A stretch of DNA of 64,000 nucleotides from a virus. This document shows, piece by piece, positions 1 through 8,669 of this stretch. The position numbers and the translations under genes are program-made. Numbering within the stretch: the stretch's first letter is position 1; each line of letters begins with the position of its first letter. The notes under the pieces are model-generated. The model was not told the DNA's origin. It was given only the letters and a program-made list of their open reading frames with translations, and made no database searches. The stretch lies in IMG/VR virus record IMGVR_UViG_3300032236_000815, positions 24,585-88,584 of that record. The stretch is one strand, 5' to 3'.

Positions 1-2
1 TA

Positions 3-3000
3 GGTAGTTCATGGACAGCAGGTAACGCATTACCTAACACAAACTTCTTAGCATTAACATACGGTAACGGTGTTTATGTTGCAGTTGGTGGTACAACTAC
101 TACTCCAGCTATTGCATCAAGTACAGACGGTGTAACATGGGTTAACAGAACCGCAGTTGGTTCAGTGACTTATACATCGGTTGCATACGGCAACGGATAT
201 TTCATTGCAATTGCAAGCGGAAGTAACGTAACTGCTCTAAGTACAAACGGTGTTTCATGGTCGTTAGGCGGTGTATTGCCAAGTTCAACAACTTGGTCAA
301 GTATTACATACGGTAACGGACGTTTTGTTGCTATTGCAAGCAACGGTGTTGCGGTAGCTTACAGTTATAACCAAGGTACAACATGGTATTCAAGTACTAA
401 CGTTGGTAGCCCAGGTTTACCATATACACAAAACTGGACTAAAGTTCGTTACGGTGCAGGACAATTTATGGCGGTTGCCGCAAGTCCAAACGTAACATTA
501 ACTGCTACTGCCGCAAGTACTAACTTGATTACATTAAGCAGTACTGCTAACGTTAACGTTGGTAATACTTTAATTCCAACAAGTGTGACAGAAGCTACAA
601 CAGCTACAGCTACTACTCACGCAACAGCAACTTCAGCATCTGGAGCAATTATTACTAACGGTGTATTGACAGCTAGCAATAGTACAGGCACATTAACAAA
701 CGGTATGTTGTTGACAAGCTCTGGTACAATCGTAGCAGGTACATACATTCAAAGTACAAATACTGCATCATTTAACAGTATGATTAATACTACATTGATG
801 ACAGTGTTCAGTGGAACTGCGCCAAGTGTAGGTATGACAGTTACTGGTGCTGGTTATGCATCTGGTACATACGTAACTAACGTAAACGTTGCTACATTTA
901 CTGGATTTATCAGCAACGGTAACTCGGGCGTGGCTGGTACACAGCTAACAGCCGCAACTATAACATCTGGTACACTAAACACATTCCAGTTAATTACTGG
1001 CGGTACTGTAAGTGCTAACACTTATATTAGTGGTAATACACAGTTTAACACAAACAACGGTAGCTTAACTGGTAGCACACTAACATTAGGCACTGTATCT
1101 GGTTCAGTTGCTTTAGGTCAAGCAGTTGCAGGTACTGGTATTCCAACTGGTACATATATAACTGCGTTTGGTTCAGGCGGCGCAGGCGGTAACGGTACAT
1201 ATACTGTAGCAGGTCCTGGTATTCCAGCAGCCGCAACAGGCACAATTTCTGTAGTTGGTATTGTTTATACATTAAACAACAGCCAAGCAGTTGGTACAGG
1301 TGCAAGCCAAACATCGTTTACAGCAACTAGCTATAACGTAACTAACAGTCAATCGGTTGGTTCTGCCGCATCGCAAATTACATCAACTGGTACTAGCTAT
1401 GTATTAGCTGGCCCAGGTACTGCATCGACACAAACTCAAACATCTGCAACTATTACTGGTACTAACGATTTAGTAACTGTTGGTAGTACAGCAGGTATGA
1501 CAGTTGGCGAACCAATTGCGTTTACATACTTTACAATTAGTACAACGTTAACTGCTACAAACAGTTCAGGTAACCTGTTAACAGTTGCATCAACTAGCGG
1601 CTTTACAGTTGGCGGAAGTATTATATTCACAGCAGTAACACAAAGTGGTTTATTAACTGCAAGTGCAAGTACAGGTAACTTGTTAACATTGAGCAGTACT
1701 AGTGGTTTAGTTAACGGTGAGACAATTGTATTCACCAGCGTAACACAAGCTACTACATTAACAGCAACTACTCCAAGTGCATCAACATTTACTGGTTACA
1801 TTGCAGGTACAACATTGACTGTTGGTACTGTTGGTTCTGGTACGATTGCAATTGGTCAAGTATTAACTGGATCAACAACAGTTGCTGGTACTTACATTGT
1901 TGCTAACATCAGTGGTTCTGGTAACGGTTCTACATGGCAAGTAAGCGTAAGTCAAACAGTTGGTAGCTCAGGTTCACTACAAGCATTGACTGGTACAGGT
2001 AACTTGATTACATTGAACACATCAACTGGTATGGTTGTTGGTGAATCATTTGTAGTAGGTACAAACGTCGGTAACTTGTTAACATCAAGCACATACTACA
2101 TTACTAAGATTATTGGTAACCAAATTGCAGTTGGTACAAGTTCAGGCGCAACTAGCGACTTTACAGTTTCTAATACAACTGGACAAAGCGTATCTGTAAC
2201 TGCTGGTACAGTATTTGGCGGCATCACAAGTGGTACAACTTATTATGTAACAAGCATAAGTGGTAGCCAAATCACTATCAGTGCATCTTACTCTGGTGCT
2301 AACTTGACATTGACCAACGCCGCTGGAGCATGGACTTATGCATCAGGCGCCGCTTTTGGTGGTATTACAAGTGGTACAACATACTATATCTTAAGTATTC
2401 CAACACCAGGTACAAACGGTACAATTACTGTAAGTACAAGTTATGGTGGTAGCGTACAAGCTGTAACAAGTGCCAACGGTGCTTGGACAGCAGTTGAAGG
2501 TAGTGTGTTTGGTAACTTAGTATCAGGTACAACTTATTACATTAGCGAGGTTATTGGTAGCACACAAATTGCGCTTTCAACATCTTACGGAGCAACTACT
2601 AACTTTACACTAGCAAGCCAAAACGGTAGCTGGAGTACAACAGCTGGTAGTATATTAGGTAACTTAGTATCTGGTAACACATACTACATTACAAGTATTA
2701 GCGGTAACAACGTAACTGTAAGTACAAGTTTAGGCGGATCAACATTCAGCTTAATTAGCGATACAGGTGCATGGACTGCCGTAATTGGTAATGCGTATGC
2801 CGCTACAAGTTGGGACGGTATTAACTGGAGTACACAACTATTAGGCACAAGCAATAGTTGGAGTGCATTGACATACGGTAACCCAATCAGTGCTACTTTA
2901 GGCGCTCAACCAACTTGGGTAACATTAAGTAATGCGGCCGGTACAACTACCGCAGTAAGTACAAGAGCAGGTGCTACACCATTAGGCCGTGTAACTGCTA

Positions 3001-4247
3001 AGAGTGGTGTAATTACTGAAATCCGTATGATTGAACCAGGTAGCGGTTATGCAAAAGGTAACGTTTCTGCAACTACAATTACAACTAACGTGATTACAGT
3101 TGATGATACTACTAACTTACAAAACAATCAACCAGTTACATTTAATCAAAGTTCAGGTGGTATTGTAGCTGGTACAGTATACTATGTTCTATACGGTAGT
3201 ATTACAGTTAGTAGCTTCCAGATTACAACAGCCTCTGGTGGTACAACAGCAATATCGTTAACAACTAGTGCGCCAACTGGTATGATTTATCGTGCAGGTG
3301 CAATTGTCACACAGATTGATCCTAACAAGGTATTGACTGCGGCAATTAACCCACGTCAAGGTGACGGTGCATTAGGTAACCCAAGCTTCGGTAATAGAGG
3401 TACAGGTAACTCTACTGCTACAGCAAGTACATCAGGTGACGGATATGCTGATTTATTCCAAACTGGCGGATACTTAAACGTGGCTAATTTGTTTAGTTTA
3501 CCAACACCGGGATCAAACGTACAGTTTGCAAGTATTCCAGGTGTATGGTATAAACTGGTTACAGTTACAAACGTATTAGGTATTGCTGGCGCATACACAG
3601 CACAGATTCAAATTAATCCAAACATGAGTGCATTGTTGGCACCCCCACACAATGATATCATTACAACAAGATTAAAATACTCACAAGTACGTTTAACAGG
3701 ACATGACTTCTTGTATATTGGTACAGGTAACCAAGTACAGACGAATTATCCAAACGTAATTACAACTAATGCAATCCAAGCTAACCAAACTTACAGTTTA
3801 GGCGGTGGTCGTGTGTTCTACACCAGTACTGACCAAGACGGTAACTTTAACGTTGGTGGATTGTTTGGAGTTCAACAAGCAACTGGTACAGCTAGTTTGA
3901 ACGCTACAGCGTTTAACTTAGCAGGTTTACAATCATTGCAGTTGGGCGCAGTTAGTTTAGGTGTTGGTTCAGCTACAGTTACTCAATTCAGTACTGACCC
4001 ATACTTTACTGCTAACAGCGATAATATTGTTCCAACCCAAAAGGCTATTAAGTCTTACATTACCAGCCAAATTGGTGGCGGAGCAAGTACATTGAACGTA
4101 AATACTTTGACAGCGGGTGTAATTTACTTGAGTGGTAATACAATTACAACTACATCAGGCGGACAAATCATTGTATCGGCAAAAATGAACTTTACAGGTG
4201 GCGTAGACGGAAGTCCAGTGTCGCTTGCATACTTTATGACAAAATAA
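3..4247 (+). CDS. Large tail fibre/baseplate-type virion protein, 5'-truncated (frame is open from the window edge; 165 is not the real start)
   Basis: Thr/Gly/Ser-rich; propeller-like W.S..YGNG.FVA repeats and S.DG..W boxes; C-terminal SQVRLTGHDFL.IGTG...VFYTSTDQDGNF.VG block typical of T4-like aquatic phage structural proteins; frame 3 has no stop from base 3. Confidence 0.75.
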   Translation, partial: GSSWTAGNALPNTNFLALTYGNGVYVAVGGTTTTPAIASSTDGVTWVNRTAVGSVTYTSVAYGNGYFIAIASGSNVTALSTNGVSWSLGGVLPSSTTWSSITYGNGRFVAIASNGVAVAYSYNQGTTWYSSTNVGSPGLPYTQNWTKVRYGAGQFMAVAASPNVTLTATAASTNLITLSSTANVNVGNTLIPTSVTEATTATATTHATATSASGAIITNGVLTASNSTGTLTNGMLLTSSGTIVAGTYIQSTNTASFNSMINTTLMTVFSGTAPSVGMTVTGAGYASGTYVTNVNVATFTGFISNGNSGVAGTQLTAATITSGTLNTFQLITGGTVSANTYISGNTQFNTNNGSLTGSTLTLGTVSGSVALGQAVAGTGIPTGTYITAFGSGGAGGNGTYTVAGPGIPAAATGTISVVGIVYTLNNSQAVGTGASQTSFTATSYNVTNSQSVGSAASQITSTGTSYVLAGPGTASTQTQTSATITGTNDLVTVGSTAGMTVGEPIAFTYFTISTTLTATNSSGNLLTVASTSGFTVGGSIIFTAVTQSGLLTASASTGNLLTLSSTSGLVNGETIVFTSVTQATTLTATTPSASTFTGYIAGTTLTVGTVGSGTIAIGQVLTGSTTVAGTYIVANISGSGNGSTWQVSVSQTVGSSGSLQALTGTGNLITLNTSTGMVVGESFVVGTNVGNLLTSSTYYITKIIGNQIAVGTSSGATSDFTVSNTTGQSVSVTAGTVFGGITSGTTYYVTSISGSQITISASYSGANLTLTNAAGAWTYASGAAFGGITSGTTYYILSIPTPGTNGTITVSTSYGGSVQAVTSANGAWTAVEGSVFGNLVSGTTYYISEVIGSTQIALSTSYGATTNFTLASQNGSWSTTAGSILGNLVSGNTYYITSISGNNVTVSTSLGGSTFSLISDTGAWTAVIGNAYAATSWDGINWSTQLLGTSNSWSALTYGNPISATLGAQPTWVTLSNAAGTTTAVSTRAGATPLGRVTAKSGVITEIRMIEPGSGYAKGNVSATTITTNVITVDDTTNLQNNQPVTFNQSSGGIVAGTVYYVLYGSITVSSFQITTASGGTTAISLTTSAPTGMIYRAGAIVTQIDPNKVLTAAINPRQGDGALGNPSFGNRGTGNSTATASTSGDGYADLFQTGGYLNVANLFSLPTPGSNVQFASIPGVWYKLVTVTNVLGIAGAYTAQIQINPNMSALLAPPHNDIITTRLKYSQVRLTGHDFLYIGTGNQVQTNYPNVITTNAIQANQTYSLGGGRVFYTSTDQDGNFNVGGLFGVQQATGTASLNATAFNLAGLQSLQLGAVSLGVGSATVTQFSTDPYFTANSDNIVPTQKAIKSYITSQIGGGASTLNVNTLTAGVIYLSGNTITTTSGGQIIVSAKMNFTGGVDGSPVSLAYFMTK

Positions 4248-4259
4248 CGGAGAAATAAC

Positions 4260-4580
4260 ATGGCATCAGGACGAGTCGCATCGGTTGCACCAAACGCAAC
4301 ATCAATCACAACAATTTACCCAGTACCAACTGGGTACTATGGCATCTATAATGTTAGTATCACAAATACTAACACTACGCCAGTAACCATTCGTTTAGCA
4401 GTAGCCGCAGGCGCTACACCAAACGCTAACGAATACATCGAGTACAATGCAACTATTGTACCTAACGGTGTACTAGAGCGTACAGGTATTGTTGCTGCCG
4501 CTGGTACATACATTGTTGGTTATGCAAGTGCTTCACTTGTAAACTTTAATGTATGGGGCATTGAGACATCAACATCATAA
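4260..4580 (+). CDS. Small virion structural protein (fibre-associated)
   Basis: 106 aa beta-rich, GGAG RBS, sits between fibre genes. Confidence 0.55.
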   Translation: MASGRVASVAPNATSITTIYPVPTGYYGIYNVSITNTNTTPVTIRLAVAAGATPNANEYIEYNATIVPNGVLERTGIVAAAGTYIVGYASASLVNFNVWGIETSTS

Positions 4581-4592
4581 GAGAGAATTTAA

Positions 4593-5465
4593 ATGGCAAG
4601 ATATAATACCCAACTAGGTATGGCAACAAGTCCAACTACTGGACTTATACAGTACGTAACTAGTGCAACTACAATAACTACACCGTATCAAGGTCTGTAT
4701 ACAGAAATTGGATCAACTACTGCGGCAATATTTACTATTAACTTGCCAACGCCAGCGAGTTTCCCAGGAACTACGCAGACATTTTTTAATAACTCTGCTT
4801 ACGCAGTTACTTTATCTATTACTGGTGGTATTTTTACAGGTAGTATCGGCTCAGCTGGTACAAATTTTATTTTAAATCCAACTGCTACAGTTACAATATT
4901 TTCAGACGGTACAAACTATGTTTGTATGAGCGGTACTGGCGGCGCCCAAGCTGTAAGTACGTTGTCTGCTAGTTCAACTGTAAACTTGAGCCCATCTAAT
5001 GCTAACGTAACACTTAGCCCAACTGGTTCAGGACAAGTGTTTATTAGTCCAGCAACAACTGGTTCTATCAGTAACATGACATTTACTGCTGGCGGTTTAA
5101 CAACATTACAACAAACTACTGAAGTTCTTGCTACTATTGCAAGCCCAGGCGGCACAGCTACACTAAACTATAACACTACTGACATTTGGTATTTGACTGG
5201 TTTAAGTGCAAACTTTACAGCCGCATTTACTAACGTGCCAACAACATTGCTAAGAACTGTTACTATGACATTGATTTTAGTGCAAGGTGGTACAGCGTAT
5301 ATTCCAAACGCGGTAACAATTAACGGTACAAGTTATAGTATTACATGGCCAGCTGGTATTGTTCCAACTGGAACAGCTAACAGGGTTAACATTGCAACAT
5401 TCTTTATTGTCAATGCTACAGCCGCACCTAACTATGTGTTAGGACAAATCAGTGAATACGGTTAA
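4593..5465 (+). CDS. Tail fibre-like protein; C-terminal domain paralogous to 51917..52579
   Basis: Thr-rich; NVPTT..RTVT.TL.L.QGGT.YIPN...INGTSYSI.W..GI.P.G.AN shared with 51917..52579. Confidence 0.65.
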   Translation: MARYNTQLGMATSPTTGLIQYVTSATTITTPYQGLYTEIGSTTAAIFTINLPTPASFPGTTQTFFNNSAYAVTLSITGGIFTGSIGSAGTNFILNPTATVTIFSDGTNYVCMSGTGGAQAVSTLSASSTVNLSPSNANVTLSPTGSGQVFISPATTGSISNMTFTAGGLTTLQQTTEVLATIASPGGTATLNYNTTDIWYLTGLSANFTAAFTNVPTTLLRTVTMTLILVQGGTAYIPNAVTINGTSYSITWPAGIVPTGTANRVNIATFFIVNATAAPNYVLGQISEYG

Positions 5466-5487
5466 TCAATAATTTAGGAGAATAAGA

Positions 5488-7158
5488 ATGCCAATTACAA
5501 GTACCGTTGGAGGAACAGTTGAGTTAAAAGGACTTGGCGGCGCCCACCCAGGAGTTGCACCAGTAGATACTTCGGCTAGTACAGCCGCAGGCTCTATCGG
5601 AACTATGACAGTAACCGCAGGCGGCTGGGTAAGTTCAGGAACTACACCACCAGGCTATCCGTCAGGATATTATCCACTCAGCATTTCAAGTGTATCTGGA
5701 AGCCGTGTAGCATTTGATCCGTTTGGTCAAGGCGCTATCACTTATACACTTCCAAACGCACTTAGCGGTACTATAACATCTGTTAGTGGCGCAACTGTAA
5801 CCATCAGCGGATCTACATCCGGTATGGCTCAAGGTAGCGACTTTACAGTATATTTTTCAGGTGGTGGTACAAACGCTCAACAGTCTACATATGGTGGAGT
5901 ATGGCCAGGAACATGGTATGTTGCCAGTGTTGTTAGCGGAAACCAAGTTACACTAGCAACTACTTACGGTAATGCTATTGCAAATAGTCCAACTACATTC
6001 CAAAGTTATAACACTAGCTATACAGTAAGCGGTTTGAATTATGTTAGCGGAGCATTACCTAGCGGATTGTCGTTTAACTCAAGTACAGGAACTGTAAGCG
6101 GAGCCATTTCTATTAACTCAACTAGTAACCCAGGTTATAATAATGGAATGCTTTTAAACTATCCACCTAGCGGCGGCCTATACGACGGAAGAACTGTTCC
6201 AACAACCTCATACCAATTTAAAGTACGTGCTACTGATGCGTTAGGTATTAATCAAACAGATCGTCAATATAGTATTAACTTGAGTGTGCCATATGCATAT
6301 CGTCAAGTTATCACAACAACTTACTTGCAAGCTGGTTATGCAAACAGCTCATGTTGGCAAACTACTTGCCGTACAACAAACTCGACAGACACTACTATCG
6401 ACTTGGGTTCAAGTGGTTACCAGGAAGTTGCTCATAACTACCAGATGAGTGCTCACAACTTAACTCGTTCGTTCACATTTGGTGCAGGATCGGCTCACTG
6501 TGCCGCGGCAAGTAACGTTATTGCATTTAATATGCGTACTGAAACTGCTAATACTGCGGGTTATTCACGTGGTTATCCAGTAAGTCAAAATAACTGTTCT
6601 ACACTACGTCAAGAATATTACTATGCATGGTGTACAAGCCCAGCGGCAACTACAGTATATGAAATGAATTTGACAACCGAACAAGGTTATACTGCTCCTA
6701 CTTCATGCCCAGGCCCTAATGCATTAACTGGAAATAGCTGGGACGGTTATGGTGTTTGGATGAGTCAAAACTACAACATGACTTACTCTAATCGAACAGT
6801 TACCAGCCGTGGCGGTACTACTGTTACTGGTGATGCTCAAGGTAAAGTAATGGAAGGTAAGATTAACGCTTACGGTGGCCGTGAAGGTTGCCCAAGCACA
6901 AACTGGCGTAGAACTGTTCAAAGTACTAACACCAGTGTTGATGCGGCTGGCGCAAAACCTTACAACTCAGGCGAAGAAAACAACATGACTGGCCAAGATT
7001 GGGGATATTGTATCGGATTCTACGGACCTGCAGGACACGTTAATACATCATTTAAATTTATCTATGCTACAGAAGCAGGGTATGGAACTAATGCTAGTTT
7101 GGAAGCTAAAGGCGGACACGCAGGTAACAGTTCAGGAACCACATGTTGGCGAGATTAA
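5488..7158 (+). CDS. Tail fibre/adhesin with putative Ig-like domain and Cys-rich C-terminal repeat domain
   Basis: SGALPSGLSFNSSTGTVSG...YQFKVRATD Ig-like signature; Cys-rich C-terminal half. Confidence 0.6.
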   Translation: MPITSTVGGTVELKGLGGAHPGVAPVDTSASTAAGSIGTMTVTAGGWVSSGTTPPGYPSGYYPLSISSVSGSRVAFDPFGQGAITYTLPNALSGTITSVSGATVTISGSTSGMAQGSDFTVYFSGGGTNAQQSTYGGVWPGTWYVASVVSGNQVTLATTYGNAIANSPTTFQSYNTSYTVSGLNYVSGALPSGLSFNSSTGTVSGAISINSTSNPGYNNGMLLNYPPSGGLYDGRTVPTTSYQFKVRATDALGINQTDRQYSINLSVPYAYRQVITTTYLQAGYANSSCWQTTCRTTNSTDTTIDLGSSGYQEVAHNYQMSAHNLTRSFTFGAGSAHCAAASNVIAFNMRTETANTAGYSRGYPVSQNNCSTLRQEYYYAWCTSPAATTVYEMNLTTEQGYTAPTSCPGPNALTGNSWDGYGVWMSQNYNMTYSNRTVTSRGGTTVTGDAQGKVMEGKINAYGGREGCPSTNWRRTVQSTNTSVDAAGAKPYNSGEENNMTGQDWGYCIGFYGPAGHVNTSFKFIYATEAGYGTNASLEAKGGHAGNSSGTTCWRD

Positions 7159-7196
7159 CCTGCTAAATATTCAACAATTTTTAGCAAGAGGAATTT

Positions 7197-8060
7197 ATGA
7201 TAGATAGAATTAAACAATTTAATGATCGAAGTGTTGACGTTGATTTGCATTCAGATACTAGTATGATGTCTGATTCGGACAAACAGCATATTATTAAAGC
7301 GTTGAATAAAGAATGGACTAACCCAAAATTTAAAATGCGTTGGTTCGTTGGGCAAGCCCAGGTAACTATCTATGCAAAATATCGTCAATTCTTAATGGAA
7401 CTAAAAAGCCGCGAAGAAGGTATTGAAGATCTTGAGTATAAAATGGAACAATGGTCCATTGATATTGCTCGCCACGAGATGATTGCATCTGAAGCAGTTG
7501 ACGATTTAGACAAAAGAATGGCAAAACTTGAAATTAAAAAGTTAAGTCGTGATTTAAGTCGTAGTCGTCGAATTGTAGAAGGTTGGTATTTAGAGCGTCA
7601 ATTATATTGTGATTTAATTAACGAATTTTTGGCAAGCCCCGAAGCACTACTTCCCGATAATAGTGGTAGAACTTATGCAGATATCATTAATACAGATGAA
7701 GAAGATGTATACGAAGAATTGCTATGGACTCATAGACTAGCAAAGCAAGCCGCTTGTGATTTAATGTTTTACGGAAAGATCAATAGCGGTAACATGGATG
7801 CTATTCTTAGTATGCATCCAGACCAGCAAGCACAAACGTTTGCACTAGCAACAAATTTTAGTATGCAAGTTCAAAGCTATTTGCTAGAGTTACAAGATCA
7901 AGCACAAACACATGCTAGCCTAGGCAAACCATTTAACAACGGTGATCTAGCATTGCCCAGAGCATTTAACAGAGCTCCTCCAGCAGAAGACATTACTAAA
8001 ATAGATAATCCTCAGCAATCAACAGAAATTAAGGATATGTTAAATGTATATAATATTTGA
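7197..8060 (+). CDS. Hypothetical protein (coiled-coil; possible fibre assembly factor)
   Basis: GAGG RBS, TAAATA upstream; helical charged composition. Confidence 0.45.
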   Translation: MIDRIKQFNDRSVDVDLHSDTSMMSDSDKQHIIKALNKEWTNPKFKMRWFVGQAQVTIYAKYRQFLMELKSREEGIEDLEYKMEQWSIDIARHEMIASEAVDDLDKRMAKLEIKKLSRDLSRSRRIVEGWYLERQLYCDLINEFLASPEALLPDNSGRTYADIINTDEEDVYEELLWTHRLAKQAACDLMFYGKINSGNMDAILSMHPDQQAQTFALATNFSMQVQSYLLELQDQAQTHASLGKPFNNGDLALPRAFNRAPPAEDITKIDNPQQSTEIKDMLNVYNI

Positions 8061-8598
8061 ATCTAGACGACACGACGAACCTAAAATTAAAGATTACGGT
8101 AAGTTTTGGTTTTATCTCATAGGCTATATTGCTCCAGAAGATGAAGCAAGTGTCGATTTATCAGATTTTAGTTATACTGAAATTTCCGAAGCTGTAGCAA
8201 ATGCTGATTTATTAGCACCATCGAATGACGGTGTTGCAGTTGTTAGACAGCTTAAAGAAAATATGACTCGTGCTGATTTTGTTGGTCCAACTGGTTTGAA
8301 CTACGGCGACAATCAAGGTAAGAAAGAATATTACGTTTTAACAGACGAAGATAAAACTAATTGCTGTACTTTGTTAAGAGAAATAATGAAGTTACAAATT
8401 GCCAATCACGGCCATCGTAAAGATCCTATAGAATTAGAAGCACTAAAAACGGCTATTGATCAGTTGCCAACTAGCGATTTAAATTCTACTCAAATGTTTA
8501 TGAGTACATATTTTGAATTTGAAACTGCATATACTCAGTTTAAAACCAAACAACCAGTTATTAATATCAAATTCAAGTTTGATGGCGACGGTTTTTAA
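8044..8598 (+). CDS. Hypothetical protein
   Basis: 184-aa ORF overlapping previous stop, AAGGA RBS. Confidence 0.5.
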   Translation: MYIIFESRRHDEPKIKDYGKFWFYLIGYIAPEDEASVDLSDFSYTEISEAVANADLLAPSNDGVAVVRQLKENMTRADFVGPTGLNYGDNQGKKEYYVLTDEDKTNCCTLLREIMKLQIANHGHRKDPIELEALKTAIDQLPTSDLNSTQMFMSTYFEFETAYTQFKTKQPVINIKFKFDGDGF

Positions 8599-8620
8599 AC
8601 CAATCCACTTCTAAAATTTT

Positions 8621-8659
8621 AAAAGAGATGCTAAACTAAGTAAGTTAGCATCTTTTTTT
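8621..8659 (+). terminator. Intrinsic terminator
   Basis: AGATGCTAA/TTAGCATCT stem followed by T-run. Confidence 0.65.
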
Positions 8660-8669
8660 ACGGCGGCGT

